Source of the DNA: Fistulifera solaris
Lineage: Eukaryota
DNA: 64,000 nt
NCBI GenBank assembly: GCA_030295235.1
Contig: AP026145.1
Span: 496,001-560,000 of the forward strand
Direction of reading: 5' to 3'
Both the position numbers and the translations under genes were made by a program. Numbering within the stretch: the first letter of the stretch is position 1; the number at the start of each line of letters is the position of its first letter. The notes under the pieces were generated by a model that saw only the letters and a list, made by a program, of their open reading frames with translations, was not told the DNA's origin and searched no databases. This document shows positions 10,985 to 22,000 of this stretch, piece by piece.

Positions 10985-11231
10985 GATTTTGATTTTGTGA
11001 GCAGATCTTGAAGTGCAGATGGGGAGTATGTCGAAGCGACCTAAACACTGCACAGTCGTAAGACTTGGTATAAAATGCACGTGATTTCTTGTTTATATCA
11101 TCAAATGCTGCGCATCAAAAAACGCTGCATAGCGTATTGCCAGTACCAAGTAAATAGTGAGCAGTTTACATAGCGTAAACCGTTATACTACGTAGTTGAC
11201 CTAAAGTAGTCTATGAAGTTGAAGAGAGGCA

Positions 11232-11494
11232 TGCCTTGCCCTACGATGAGGAAAAGCTGAGAATGAAAATTGTGAGCCTATTTGGATTATTCTATGAAAT
11301 GCAAAAGGATCGGAAATGATTTGGAAAAAGGAAATGATTTGGAAAAAGGACTCCCATGAGTCGTGGGAGTCCATGAAAGGACTCCCACCAGTCGTGGGAG
11401 TTCATGAAAGAACTCCCACCGAGAACTCCCATGGATTCGGGATAAGCCAAGTGGGAAGCCAAGTGGGAAGGTTTGAGCCATGTGTGGTAACGCA
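11232..11494 (-). repeat. 3' LTR
   Basis: Same sequence as 16217-16479 except two homopolymer indels; imperfect terminal inverted repeat TGCCTTGCC...GGTAACGCA; preceded on the element strand by a short purine tract GGGAGGCAGTA (candidate PPT). Confidence 0.97.
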
Positions 11495-11590
11495 TACTGC
11501 CTCCCAAGGGGGGTCTGATCCGAAAAAAAAGAAAAAAAAGGGAACCTTTTGGTAAAGGAGCAGAGGAACCTTGGAACTAGGAGAAAACCT

Positions 11591-14500
11591 CTACTGGCGG
11601 AAGGGTTTGACGCGTCGTATAGAGATGCGTTCTGTTGTAAATGCATTACGGCGAATGCTGATTGTTCCATTCGTGTGGACTTGGACTATGGTAAATGGTC
11701 CTTGTGCGCGGGGCTGTAATTTAGTCGGATTATCGACTATTTTGAGAACTTGATCTCCGACTTGGTAGTCATAGGAGAAACGTTTTCGGTTTGCTGTAAT
11801 AAGTCTTTTGTCAATAAGTTGTTGACGATGTTGTTGGATATTAATCCAGTCAGCGACGACGGGAAGGTCGAGTAGCATGTCGCGTCCATATACGAGTGAA
11901 CCTGGGGTGGCTTTAAGCCCACTGTGTAGAGACGCTCGAATAGCGTACATACAGTTTGATAGAGCAGTATCTACCATTACTTTACCAGAGGTAATGCCAG
12001 TTGCGGTGGCTAGTTGCGTCATAGTGCGCAGAGTATTGCCCACTACTTGGTGCATTCGTTCACATAGTGAATTTCCCTGTGGGTTTTTAACGGTCGTTGG
12101 TCGACCAGTGATGTCGTTATTAGACAGTAGGTTTTGAAAACCGTTGCCGGTAAACTCAGTACCGTTGTCGTAAGTCACATAAAGTGGTTTTGGGTAGCGT
12201 GAAAGCCAAACGTTATTGAACTGTAGTGCTACATGATCGGACGTTTTGTTGTCGAGACGGACAAGCTCAGTTAAATGAGTCACTGGGTCAATCATGGTAA
12301 GCGCTATAAACGTTTCAGTATAACCGTGAAGGTTAAGTGTCCAGGGGCCTATAAGGTCCACATGTACTTCAGCCATGGATGGGGCGGATGCTTCGCTGGA
12401 GCGGTTTCGCCATAACCTCGCGTGAGAGATTTTTATTTTTTTGGCATTCTGGGCACGGAGCCACAATTTGTTCAATGACGTCAGCGTGAATTTGCTGTTG
12501 TACAAATGAACTTTGATGGTGTCTTCAAGACGCTGGCCAAGATGTCCAAGAGTATGGTGATACCATTTGACTGTGTGATGCAGTAATTCATCGGAAGGTA
12601 GATCTTCCAGGGTTGATTCGATGCTGGAATAAAACAGCAAAGATCGATGTCGTGACCTAGTCTGTTTGTGACAAATTTGTCTGGGTGTTTCTCGCGCAGA
12701 AGAGCTAACCGGGCGCCCCTCAGTTGTGCTTCGCCGGATAGTTCGATAGTCGAGAACGAACGGAACCTCCTCTGCGGGTAGGTTGACGAAGCATTCAAGA
12801 AGAATGTCATCGTCGAGTGCCATGGAGCTTTGTGTATCTCAGCGCAGGACGATCTGCTCGAATCGGGATTTGTTACTTCATCGAAGTCGAGCGACAGTGC
12901 GTCGGCTAAGGGGTTGTCTTCGCCCTTGATGTGATGGAGTTGAACTCCAAATTCCCTCGAGGTAGAGGCCCCAGCGAATTACGCGTTGAGATTGTTTTGT
13001 CATATCCGACGTGAAAACATTATTTAAATGATCGGTATAGACGTGTAAATTTGGACAACCATACAACATGGTTTTAAATTCTTTAAGAACTTCTACTATT
13101 GAAAGTAGCTCTTTTCACCAACGGTGTAGTTTCGTTGAGCTGCGTTGAGCTTTTTTGACCAATAGGCGACCGGAACGCCTTCTTGCATAATAGCGGCGCC
13201 CATTTGATAGTCGCTTGCATCTGTATAGATGTGAAATGGTTTATTGTGGTCCGGATATCGGAGAAAGGCGTCTTTAGCCAAAAAGTGCTTTTATTTCGAG
13301 AAAAGCTTTGTTCATTTCGTCGGTCCAGACGACTTTTCCATTGCCGTACCGAGACGGAAGTCAGGGGGGTTAGAATACTAGAGCGCTTGCCACATATCTC
13401 GATAGAAATTAATTGCTCCGAGGAAGGAGCGAAGTTGTTTTTTTGTTTTTGGTTTGTTGATAGCGAGTATCGCGTTAATTTTTTTACGCCAGGGTTTTAA
13501 CCCTGTTGGTGTTAACCAATAACCGAGCCAATCGGTTTCTTTGACACCCCACTCGCGATTTGAGGGGATTGACAGTAAAATTGTTGTCCTGTAGGATTGT
13601 TAAAATCTTGTCGAGAGATTTGAGATGGTCTTCCCAAGAATTGGAAAAGCAGCCGACATCGCCGATGTAACAATTCACCTCGTCGAGGGTGTCGGAAGAG
13701 ATCTTCCATGACCTCCTGAGCGACGTCAGGGGCCATTGAAATGCCCATTGGTAGGCGGTTATAGCGATAATTGCCAAAGGGTGTGCAGATCACACAAAGG
13801 TTTTTGCTTTCTTCGGTGAGTTCGAAGGTGTAATAATGCATTGAAACATTGATTTTTGAAAAAATTCAAATCCAGAACGCTGCGACAGGATGTCGGCAAT
13901 GCGTGGAATAGGGTAAACTTTTCGTTTAATAAGTTTGTTTAATTCTCTGAAATCAGAGATCCATCGGACGCGACCGTCCTTTTTAGGAATGATAAAAGAT
14001 GGCGCTGAGCCATTCGCTTTGCTCCACAAGGAGATAAGACGCCGATCTGAACGTAGTCGATCGATTTCGGCTTTGAAGGTTTTTAGATGAAACCGGGACA
14101 CGCCATAAGGTCGTTTTGACTTTGGAGTTGCGTTCGGTTGTAGTTCAAGATGAACTTTTTTTCGCTGGATATTTTCCGAGCTTTCCTGAGAAGAGCTTTT
14201 GATACTTTGAAAGTAGGTTGCAGAGATCCTGCCTCTGTGATGGAGTTAAATGTTTTTGTTGCTGAGCAACATCGGACGGGTTGACCGCCTCGTATTTGGA
14301 TTCAAGGATATCCTTTGATTTGTAGCCTGCCTCGTGGGCGTTGTTCACGAAAAGTGAAGTGATCATCGAATGGATCGTCGGGCGCTTTCGGAAACGAATG
14401 AAGCCGAGGGTTGACTAGTAAAGTAGTCTGCAGGGCTTAAATGGAATCATTTCGTCGAGCCATTTGACAGAGAGTGTAGAACCCATTATGTCAATTCCTA

Positions 14501-14898
14501 ACGGAACGAGGGATGTCGTTTCCAAGGATGATGTCATAGATTGACTCGTCATTGTTGAAGACGGTGGCACGGATGTTGCCGTTGACCTTAAGAGAGGTCG
14601 AGAATTCTGGAAGAAGAATGTCCGAGAGGATGACCTCATGACGGTGCACTTCAGTACCGTGGATGCCTTGGACTTTTCGTCCTGGTACTGTCGTTGGTGT
14701 TGCGCCTTTTGGAAGGCAACGACGATTGACAAAAGTTTTGTCAGAACCCGAGTCAAAGAGTACTCGTAAAAGTTTTGTATTGGGCGTATTTTGAATTTTT
14801 TTACAATACATAGTTGTAATCGGACGAACGATTTGTGTGATGTAATTCATACTATCATTAGGAAGTAGACTAATATCATTAGTACCTGAAAGGTACAT
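11591..14898 (-). CDS. pol: Gypsy pol (protease, RT, RNase H, integrase) broken by several frameshifts
   Basis: [110 protein letters not shown] module. Confidence 0.93.
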
Positions 14899-14932
14899 TG
14901 CATCGCATAAAGCCGCAAAATCAGCGTTGGGC

Positions 14933-16175
14933 TTATTTCTTTCCGTCGATTCCGTCGGAAGTTCTCCATCGTCTGATTGGAGATCGAATATGAAAGGACG
15001 TCACAAGAAGTGAGAAAGTCGAATGCATTAGATGATATGTCTGTAAACGTAGTCGGTAATGCATCGAGTTCATTAAACTCCGGGGCATCAAGAATTTCAT
15101 CGAGATCGATATCTTTTTCATTGATGATGTCGCCCTCCCGAAAGGAAGGACGGTCCCCAATTGATTGCAGTCATGTCCTCAGCGGAAGATCCGTTGGCGA
15201 CATTTGCGGTTTCGGCCGGTTCTTCGGCAACATTTGCAAAAAGACGTTTTTTGCTTTTTTGGCCGCCTTAGCGGGTTGCTTTTTCGCAGTGTCTGAAGGC
15301 GGAGCTTTCATGTTGGCCGGATTGCCATTGCACTCTTTCCAAGTGTGCTTTTTGCCTTTGTGAATAAGACAGGGAGAGTCAGGGTCCTGAAAGTGACCAA
15401 AGTAGAACTTACGTTCGGTGTCGCGATGCTCGCGCCGCACGCTCAGCGCCTTTGTGATGCTTGTTCGTGCGATCTTTACGTTTCCCAGCGAGGGGATGAT
15501 TCTTTTTGCGTCGGCGCGCTGTTTTTCGTTATGTTTTTTTGCTTTTTCAAGAGACTGAAGTTGCTGGTGTGCCGGCACGCTGACGATGGAATTCATATCG
15601 GTCTCCAGAAGAGTACCCGGAAAATGATTGTTCCAGTTTGCTTTCCAAGCAACAGGCATGGCGTTATAAAACGCCGTTTTGAGCTGATGATTATCAAGCG
15701 CGGGTTCAGCACCGGCAAACTCGAAATCGCGATTGTTGTTGCGTTGCAACGAACGAGCAAACGCGAGCGACACGCATGTCACGAGGCAAACGAGTGTTGC
15801 GTAGCTCCTGTGCAAACTGCACGCGATCAGCTGGAGTGAAAAACTCGGCAATGAACGAGAGAATCAACTGATTGAACGTTCCAACGCTCGCGGTCAGCGA
15901 CGTTACGAGCGAGATCTGCCCAACAATGAGCATAATTGGGATGACCCAAGGTGCGAGGGAAACACCTGGAAGTAAATGGCACCACGCTGGGCCGGGGTAG
16001 CGACGGAGTCGATTGTTGTTTTGAACGATTCAGTATGAAACAAGAGTGTGTCCAGAGGAGCATCGGAGTCCACGAGGAAGTGGAAGTGGCGTTCATGGTT
16101 GACTGAACCGATTCGGAACCGAAGGTTCTCGGTCTCCGCGGTGGGAGGGTTGGGAATGAAGAGTTTGTTTTCCAT
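14933..16175 (-). CDS. gag: Gypsy gag (frameshifted)
   Basis: Starts MENKLFIPNPP just inside the 5' LTR; capsid-like LKTAFYNAMPVAW; zinc knuckle CLIHKGKKHTWKEC. Confidence 0.8.
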
Positions 16176-16216
16176 GGTAGAGTGAGAAAAAAATTTCAAG
16201 AGGAAAGTGATCACTA

Positions 16217-16479
16217 TGCCTTGCCCTACGATGAGGAAAAGCTGAGAATGAAAATTGTGAGCCTATTTGGATTATTCTATGAAATGCAAAAGGATCGGAA
16301 ATGATTTGGAAAAAGGAAATGATTTGGAAAAAGGACTCCCATGAGTCGTGGGGAGTCCATGAAAGGACTCCACCAGTCGTGGGAGTTCATGAAAGAACTC
16401 CCACCGAGAACTCCCATGGATTCGGGATAAGCCAAGTGGGAAGCCAAGTGGGAAGGTTTGAGCCATGTGTGGTAACGCA
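16217..16479 (-). repeat. 5' LTR
   Basis: Direct repeat of 11232-11494; followed by the TSD AGGCA. Confidence 0.97.
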
Positions 16480-17101
16480 AGGCATACCAGGTAGTCTCGA
16501 AGCTCGAAGCATCTCAAACTCAAACTGACCAATTCATTTGTGCCAAGCGGCTCCAAGTCTAACTCTATTCTCTAATGTCTAGTCTACAATATTCAAAACT
16601 GTAAAAAATCATCTCAACTCGAACTCAGATACTCAGATACTGTATCAAGTATCCGAGTATCGACCAAAAACCAAAACCGGAGCCAGATGTCAGATGTCAG
16701 ACGCCAAAAGCCAAAGCCAGAATCCAGAATAGGTAGGACTTTCAACTTTGAACCATAGCTCTCTAGAAAGGAAGACTTTTCAATTGATTACTGTACTGTA
16801 GTTGGTTTATCCTGTAGTTGACACTTGACACTTGACACTTGAAACTTGGTCGCGCGAGAATTTTAACGTCCTTTCCGGATTCCCGTAACCGGTAACAACC
16901 AAATATCATTATTTATGCCCCACGCCTTCGCCTGAGGATACATAGTTTTTTCATAAAGAACTAAATGCTGAACTTGAAGTTCAGATTTTAGATTGGTCGC
17001 TCGTGACTGACTTAGCGTCAAAGGTCAAAGTCAAAAAGCAAAGGGCGAATAGGCGAATAGTCTCTCTAGAGTCTCTAGGGTCTAAGCATGTTTAAGTCAA
17101 T

Positions 17102-18467
17102 GGGCAAACGGGCGTCATAAAAAATCTGGATGCACGTAGAATTCCAGTACATTTTTCTACGTCGCGATACCCCGTGTTAAACCATGGAAATCCGGGTTAT
17201 TTTCAGAAAATACGTGCATTTATACGTATAAGTCTTAGTAAAAACTAATGCTCCGAAGGTATCTTCCATGCAATAATAAACTTTCAAAGACCACATTTAT
17301 GCTTCAATAACAACAATGGCACCGATTTATCTTTATATCCGATGGATTGGTAACTTACGTTAGATTCTCGCATCATTAGTTCCTAGATGCAACATAGGGT
17401 AACGTCGGCATGCGTCGTCACTACGCTCGACTCTCAACGCATCTCCTTATTGCCACTTTAGTCCACTATTATCTCCGATGTGAACAACTCCTATCTTCTT
17501 CGACTGAAAGTTTTCGTCTGATTGTCGTGAGAAACGCGATTCTCCTCTCACTGAGGGCATATGCGCCGTCGCCATCTGTCTAGCCTAGAATCTTTCCTAA
17601 CCAGGACGAGTGGATTGCCACTTTCGATTCAAAACATTTTCGAAAGCGCATATTTTCTACCCGCTGCTAAAATTCCAACTCCAATATCTGTCGCACGACA
17701 CACTGCCGTAAGATGCTATTTCTGTTAGCGCTTTCGTCACATTTCAGATAGCCTGCAACCTTGCGTGCTCAAGGAGAAGTGTATTGTTATTTTCCCGACA
17801 CCAAGAAATATGTTTGAGAGTAACAAGCATTTGTGGAGGATTGGTTCACATAGGAACCCTCACGAAATATGAAGGTTAGATGGAATACCGAATGTGACTT
17901 TGACAAACTTCAAGTGAACATCCATCGTACAGTGTATGCATCATTTTATCATACTAAACATGCCCGACAAAGTTCATCGTGAGCAAGCCTCTTTCTTCCA
18001 CCACCTGGTTGATTGAATGTACGATCATGACGACCATAAGAGACCTCCTGCCAGTAGATTGCTTTCAAATCCCCGCCGTCCGCCCGTCTTTACTCTCTCG
18101 AGGACGCCAAGCACATAATCAGCATCTTTGAGAACAACTCCTCTGATCTGGACCAATAGCCTAGCCTTTACCACCCTTTCGATGCCTTTGATAAAGGTTG
18201 TTCAAAGAAAACTAACGGGAAAGGCAACACGTATGATGCGTTATCATGCTTTAAAATGACAATGGGAAAAAGGCGAAATGGTCGGAAGATGAAAAAGTCG
18301 TTAGAATTTGCAATCTATTTTTTCAAAAACTACTATTTACTCCACTCAGCGATGTCACACCGTTTGGCATCGGCACGCTTCGAGAAAATAACACGGCGCT
18401 ATCGCGACGTAGAAAAATGTACTGGAATTCTACGTGCATCCAGATTTTTTTGCTACGCCGTTTGCCC
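17102..18467. mobile_element. Non-autonomous TIR DNA transposon, 1366 bp
   Basis: ~77-bp inverted repeats at 17102-17178 (GGGCAAACG...AAAAAATCTGGATGCACGTAGAATTCCAGTACATTTTTCTACGTCGCGATA..CCGTGTT) and 18390-18467; AT on both flanks; no intact transposase inside. Confidence 0.88.
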
Positions 18468-19078
18468 ATCCCAAATCCCAAGTCCAAGTCGAAGTCGAGA
18501 GTCGAGGGAGGATTACCCTTACCTACAGTATTGCATATTCCTACTAAAAGTATACTGTATCTCTTATCTCTTACTTATTGCCACCTGCCACTAATAAGGA
18601 CTACTGTAACAACTAAGACTGAAAAACGAAGAACGTGGTTTTCTTTGAACTATGAACTATGGATTGTGAACTACGAACTACGGTGCTCCGAGCTCCGAGT
18701 AGATAAAAGGGTAGAATAGAAATGTGGTTACGAAGGAAACTTGCTGCTTGCTGAAGCATGGCCGTTGGTCGTCGTTGCAGCCAAACTGAGAATGTATTAA
18801 GCAGTGAAAGGGATAAGCTTTGTATAAGCTTCCACGAAATGTAGATCTTTTTGCCTTCCGACTTTCGCCTGGATTTCCAAATAACTTGGGTTTTTTTGAA
18901 ACTTGTCCTTTAGAGTTTTGGTTTGTATTCTCTACGGGCGGGCGCGTGCGTGTGCGCGTAAGGTTAGTGCGTGCGCCGTGCGCTCGCCAGAAAGGGCGGA
19001 CCCTGTTTCGTAATATTAAATGCAGTACCAGGCTTCTTTTGAACGGTTTTGAATAAATTATATAAAAACGACTTCAAA

Positions 19079-22000
19079 ATGTCGTGCACCAGCGATAGAT
19101 TTCGCTCATCACGCACCCGACCATGATGTTGATGACGGCCAACATGAGATAATAATATTCGAAAACCCCATCCCGATGATATCGTCCAACTGTCTTGAAA
19201 AAGCTTTTGATCGGTCCTATGAATATTGCATTGACGAAGCTGCAAGAAAACAGGTGAAAAAAGAGGATACAGCGCTCGATTTTGTATTCTCGATGGAGGA
19301 TAGCCAACTTTCCGCTACTTCACCGGCGGGGCCCGGTAATGTACAGGAACGACCAATGTCACCTTTTTCGCCATTATTGCAAAAAAATAAAAAGAAAGAG
19401 GCCAACGCAACAAAAAGGAAGAGAGTTTGATGAATTTTCTTTGAACCCTTGTCGACGAGTTTCGATCGTTGTGGCTGTTGGCAACGGAAGCGAATCGATT
19501 GACGACGAGAAAAATCGAATCTGTATTTTCCCGACTAGAGACGCTGACTCGACACGAGAACTGATTGTATTGAATCCCAAGGCATTTGGAAGGCTCATTC
19601 CACCGCAAACTAGTCAACGAGACGTTGCCAAAATGGTGTCACAGATAGCCCCGCTCGCGCAAGAAGACTGGACGCGGACATTTCGATTTCAACATGTCGT
19701 TTGGCCTCAGAAGCATACACACCAGAAAAATCACTCCATTATCCATCGTGAGTTTCCCGACAATACGCTGGTGAATCTCTGTTCGGGTGCGGCAAACGAT
19801 ATTCTGGCAAAAGATTCGACCAGCAACCGAATATTTGTGGCCCTTGGTAATTCGGGTAAAACGGAAACGCTCTTTGGTAGCATCGCGACCCAGAAACCTT
19901 CCGTCGCGGAAGTCTTTGCCCAGTCTGTTCAAGATCTCAGTCGTGAGGAGCTATTACGTCGATATGGATTACTGGGATGGACCGTACAATCGATTTTAGA
20001 CCGCCTACCCGAGGATAAAACCGCCGTGTGTACTCTTTCCGTATTGGAAGTGTCGGATGAGTACTCTTTGTTTGATCTGCTGGCAACCCGTCCATTCACT
20101 CAAGACGCATCAAAGCGAGTTACGTTACGTTATAATAATGGGTCGAATCATGCATGGTCGAAGGATGAAGTACAAGCACGTGGTACAGGGACGGTGGGCG
20201 CCGTCGTGGAAGGTCTTTCCAATCAGCCGGTCGATTCGTTGAAAGGTCTCGCACACAGTATAAGAAGAGCGTTTGCGGCAGCCTTACACGAAAAGCGGAA
20301 AACATCACGCGGAACATTGGTAATATCCGTTCGTGTGTGGCAACAGGCGGAGAAATCGCAATTTCAACAAAAGTTTGAGAAGAATACCGCAATTCAGTTC
20401 GTGGACTTGGGTGTGGTGGAGCACGATGAAATACCTGCTTATTCTAAACGGAATGCTGCCATTCGAAAATCAGAATCAGTTCTTGGAAGTGTCTTGAGGG
20501 GAGCTCTTCTCAGAGAGGCAGGGCATGATGCGGTGATCCCGTACAGAGACTCAGCCTTGACTAAGGTTTTGCAAAGATCCATGGATCATCCTGATTCCCG
20601 GACAATTGTAATGGCATCCCTATCGCCTGAAATTGAAGCGCATGATGAAAGTATGTTGACCCTGAGGTATATTAGCCGTCTAACGAGCAAACCAGGCCAA
20701 GAGCTGAAATCGACATCTTTTGAAAGCATAATACAAGCTTCTACAACAGGAGGTTCACCAAGTTCGTCAGCTCCGCTTAACTTGTCAGAGCTTACAAAAG
20801 AAGACAGCTCTTCCGCATACTTGCTACAAAACTTGCTTTCAGACCCACGACAACGACTAGCTAAACTGGCCATCCCTGGAAAAGTCAGTAAAAATGTTGC
20901 TAGGTTCTCTTTTGAAGTTAGCGATGACGAGCAAACTCCATACAAAGGACCCTCGTCACCAAAAAATAAATCGAGCTGTTCAAGAAACACGGGTTACAGC
21001 GGAAGATCCGAAGTCGATTTCAGAAGAACAACGCGCTCCACCAGGAAAGCATACATCAAATCTCACATCACAGCAATCCGATCTATCCGCAACTGAAACG
21101 CCCTCAAAGATAAATACTCCGCTGGCTCAAAACATTAGCAAGGGCGACCATGGAGCGTCCCCGCCATCTTTTCATTCATTACGGCCAAGTCCTCCTGGTC
21201 GTCATTTGAAAGAGAGAACTAGTAGTGTCCTATCGAAAATGCAACTTTCGATGGGAGCCTCCGGCGAAAGCGAAGAACCAACCGCCCCTCATACGAAGGA
21301 ACCAACGAAGCTTCATCAAGTCAATGTTTCGCCTATTCTCCCTAGAACGTCAGAGGATGTTAACTTAACTGGTACAGGTTCATTAGAGCCGACAAGCATT
21401 GGTAACTCTGATCTGTCGTCAATTTCACGAAACATGAGTGAGGATCTCAAACAATTGTCGAAGGATACAAAGAAGGAGCAAAGTCAGACACCGAACTCAG
21501 CTAAAAGTCACTTTCAAGCAAAGCTTTCTCCCAAATTCGACTCATCTGTAGTTCAAAAGAGCAAAAAAGCCATGGATTTTTTTACGCAAAACTTGGAGCG
21601 AGGACGATACTAAAGCAAGTCCAAGCTTGAAATTCATCAAAAGGAATCGAGACAATTTTAAAGACCGCAGTATATTAGAAGCAGAAACATCTGTTGACCA
21701 AGCTATGAATGATCTTTCATTCGAGCTTTTGAGACGATCTAAACTCGACAGTCAAAAATGCTAAGTAATTCATTCAAGTCCGAGCTTGATGATCTTTCCA
21801 TGGAACTTTTTGGCAAACATACAGCCATGGAATCAGATAAGGAACCTTTTGATGAATTTTCCAACCTTTCTGGAGGGCGAGTTCAGCCTGCTATGGATGT
21901 TTCGACTCCTCGCCGTCTTGCTCCATCTATGTCGTCAGAATCAGTCAATTCAAAAAGCTTGCAAGCATCGTTCTCAGATTCTGCTTCATTGAAAAGAATC

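Larger units (their letters stand above)
11232..16479 (-). mobile_element. Full-length Ty3/Gypsy LTR retrotransposon
   Basis: Two 263-bp LTRs with TG...CA ends, 5-bp TSD AGGCA (11227-11231 and 16480-16484), and internal gag-PR-RT-RNaseH-IN order on the minus strand. Confidence 0.97.

Noticed and set aside
11287..11670. Short ORFs in the LTRs (also 16272-16556)
   Set aside because: They arise from LTR internal repeats and differ between the two LTRs through homopolymer indels.
14880..14960. Programmed gag-pol frameshift or readthrough signal
   Set aside because: There are too many probable indel errors nearby to define the true junction.
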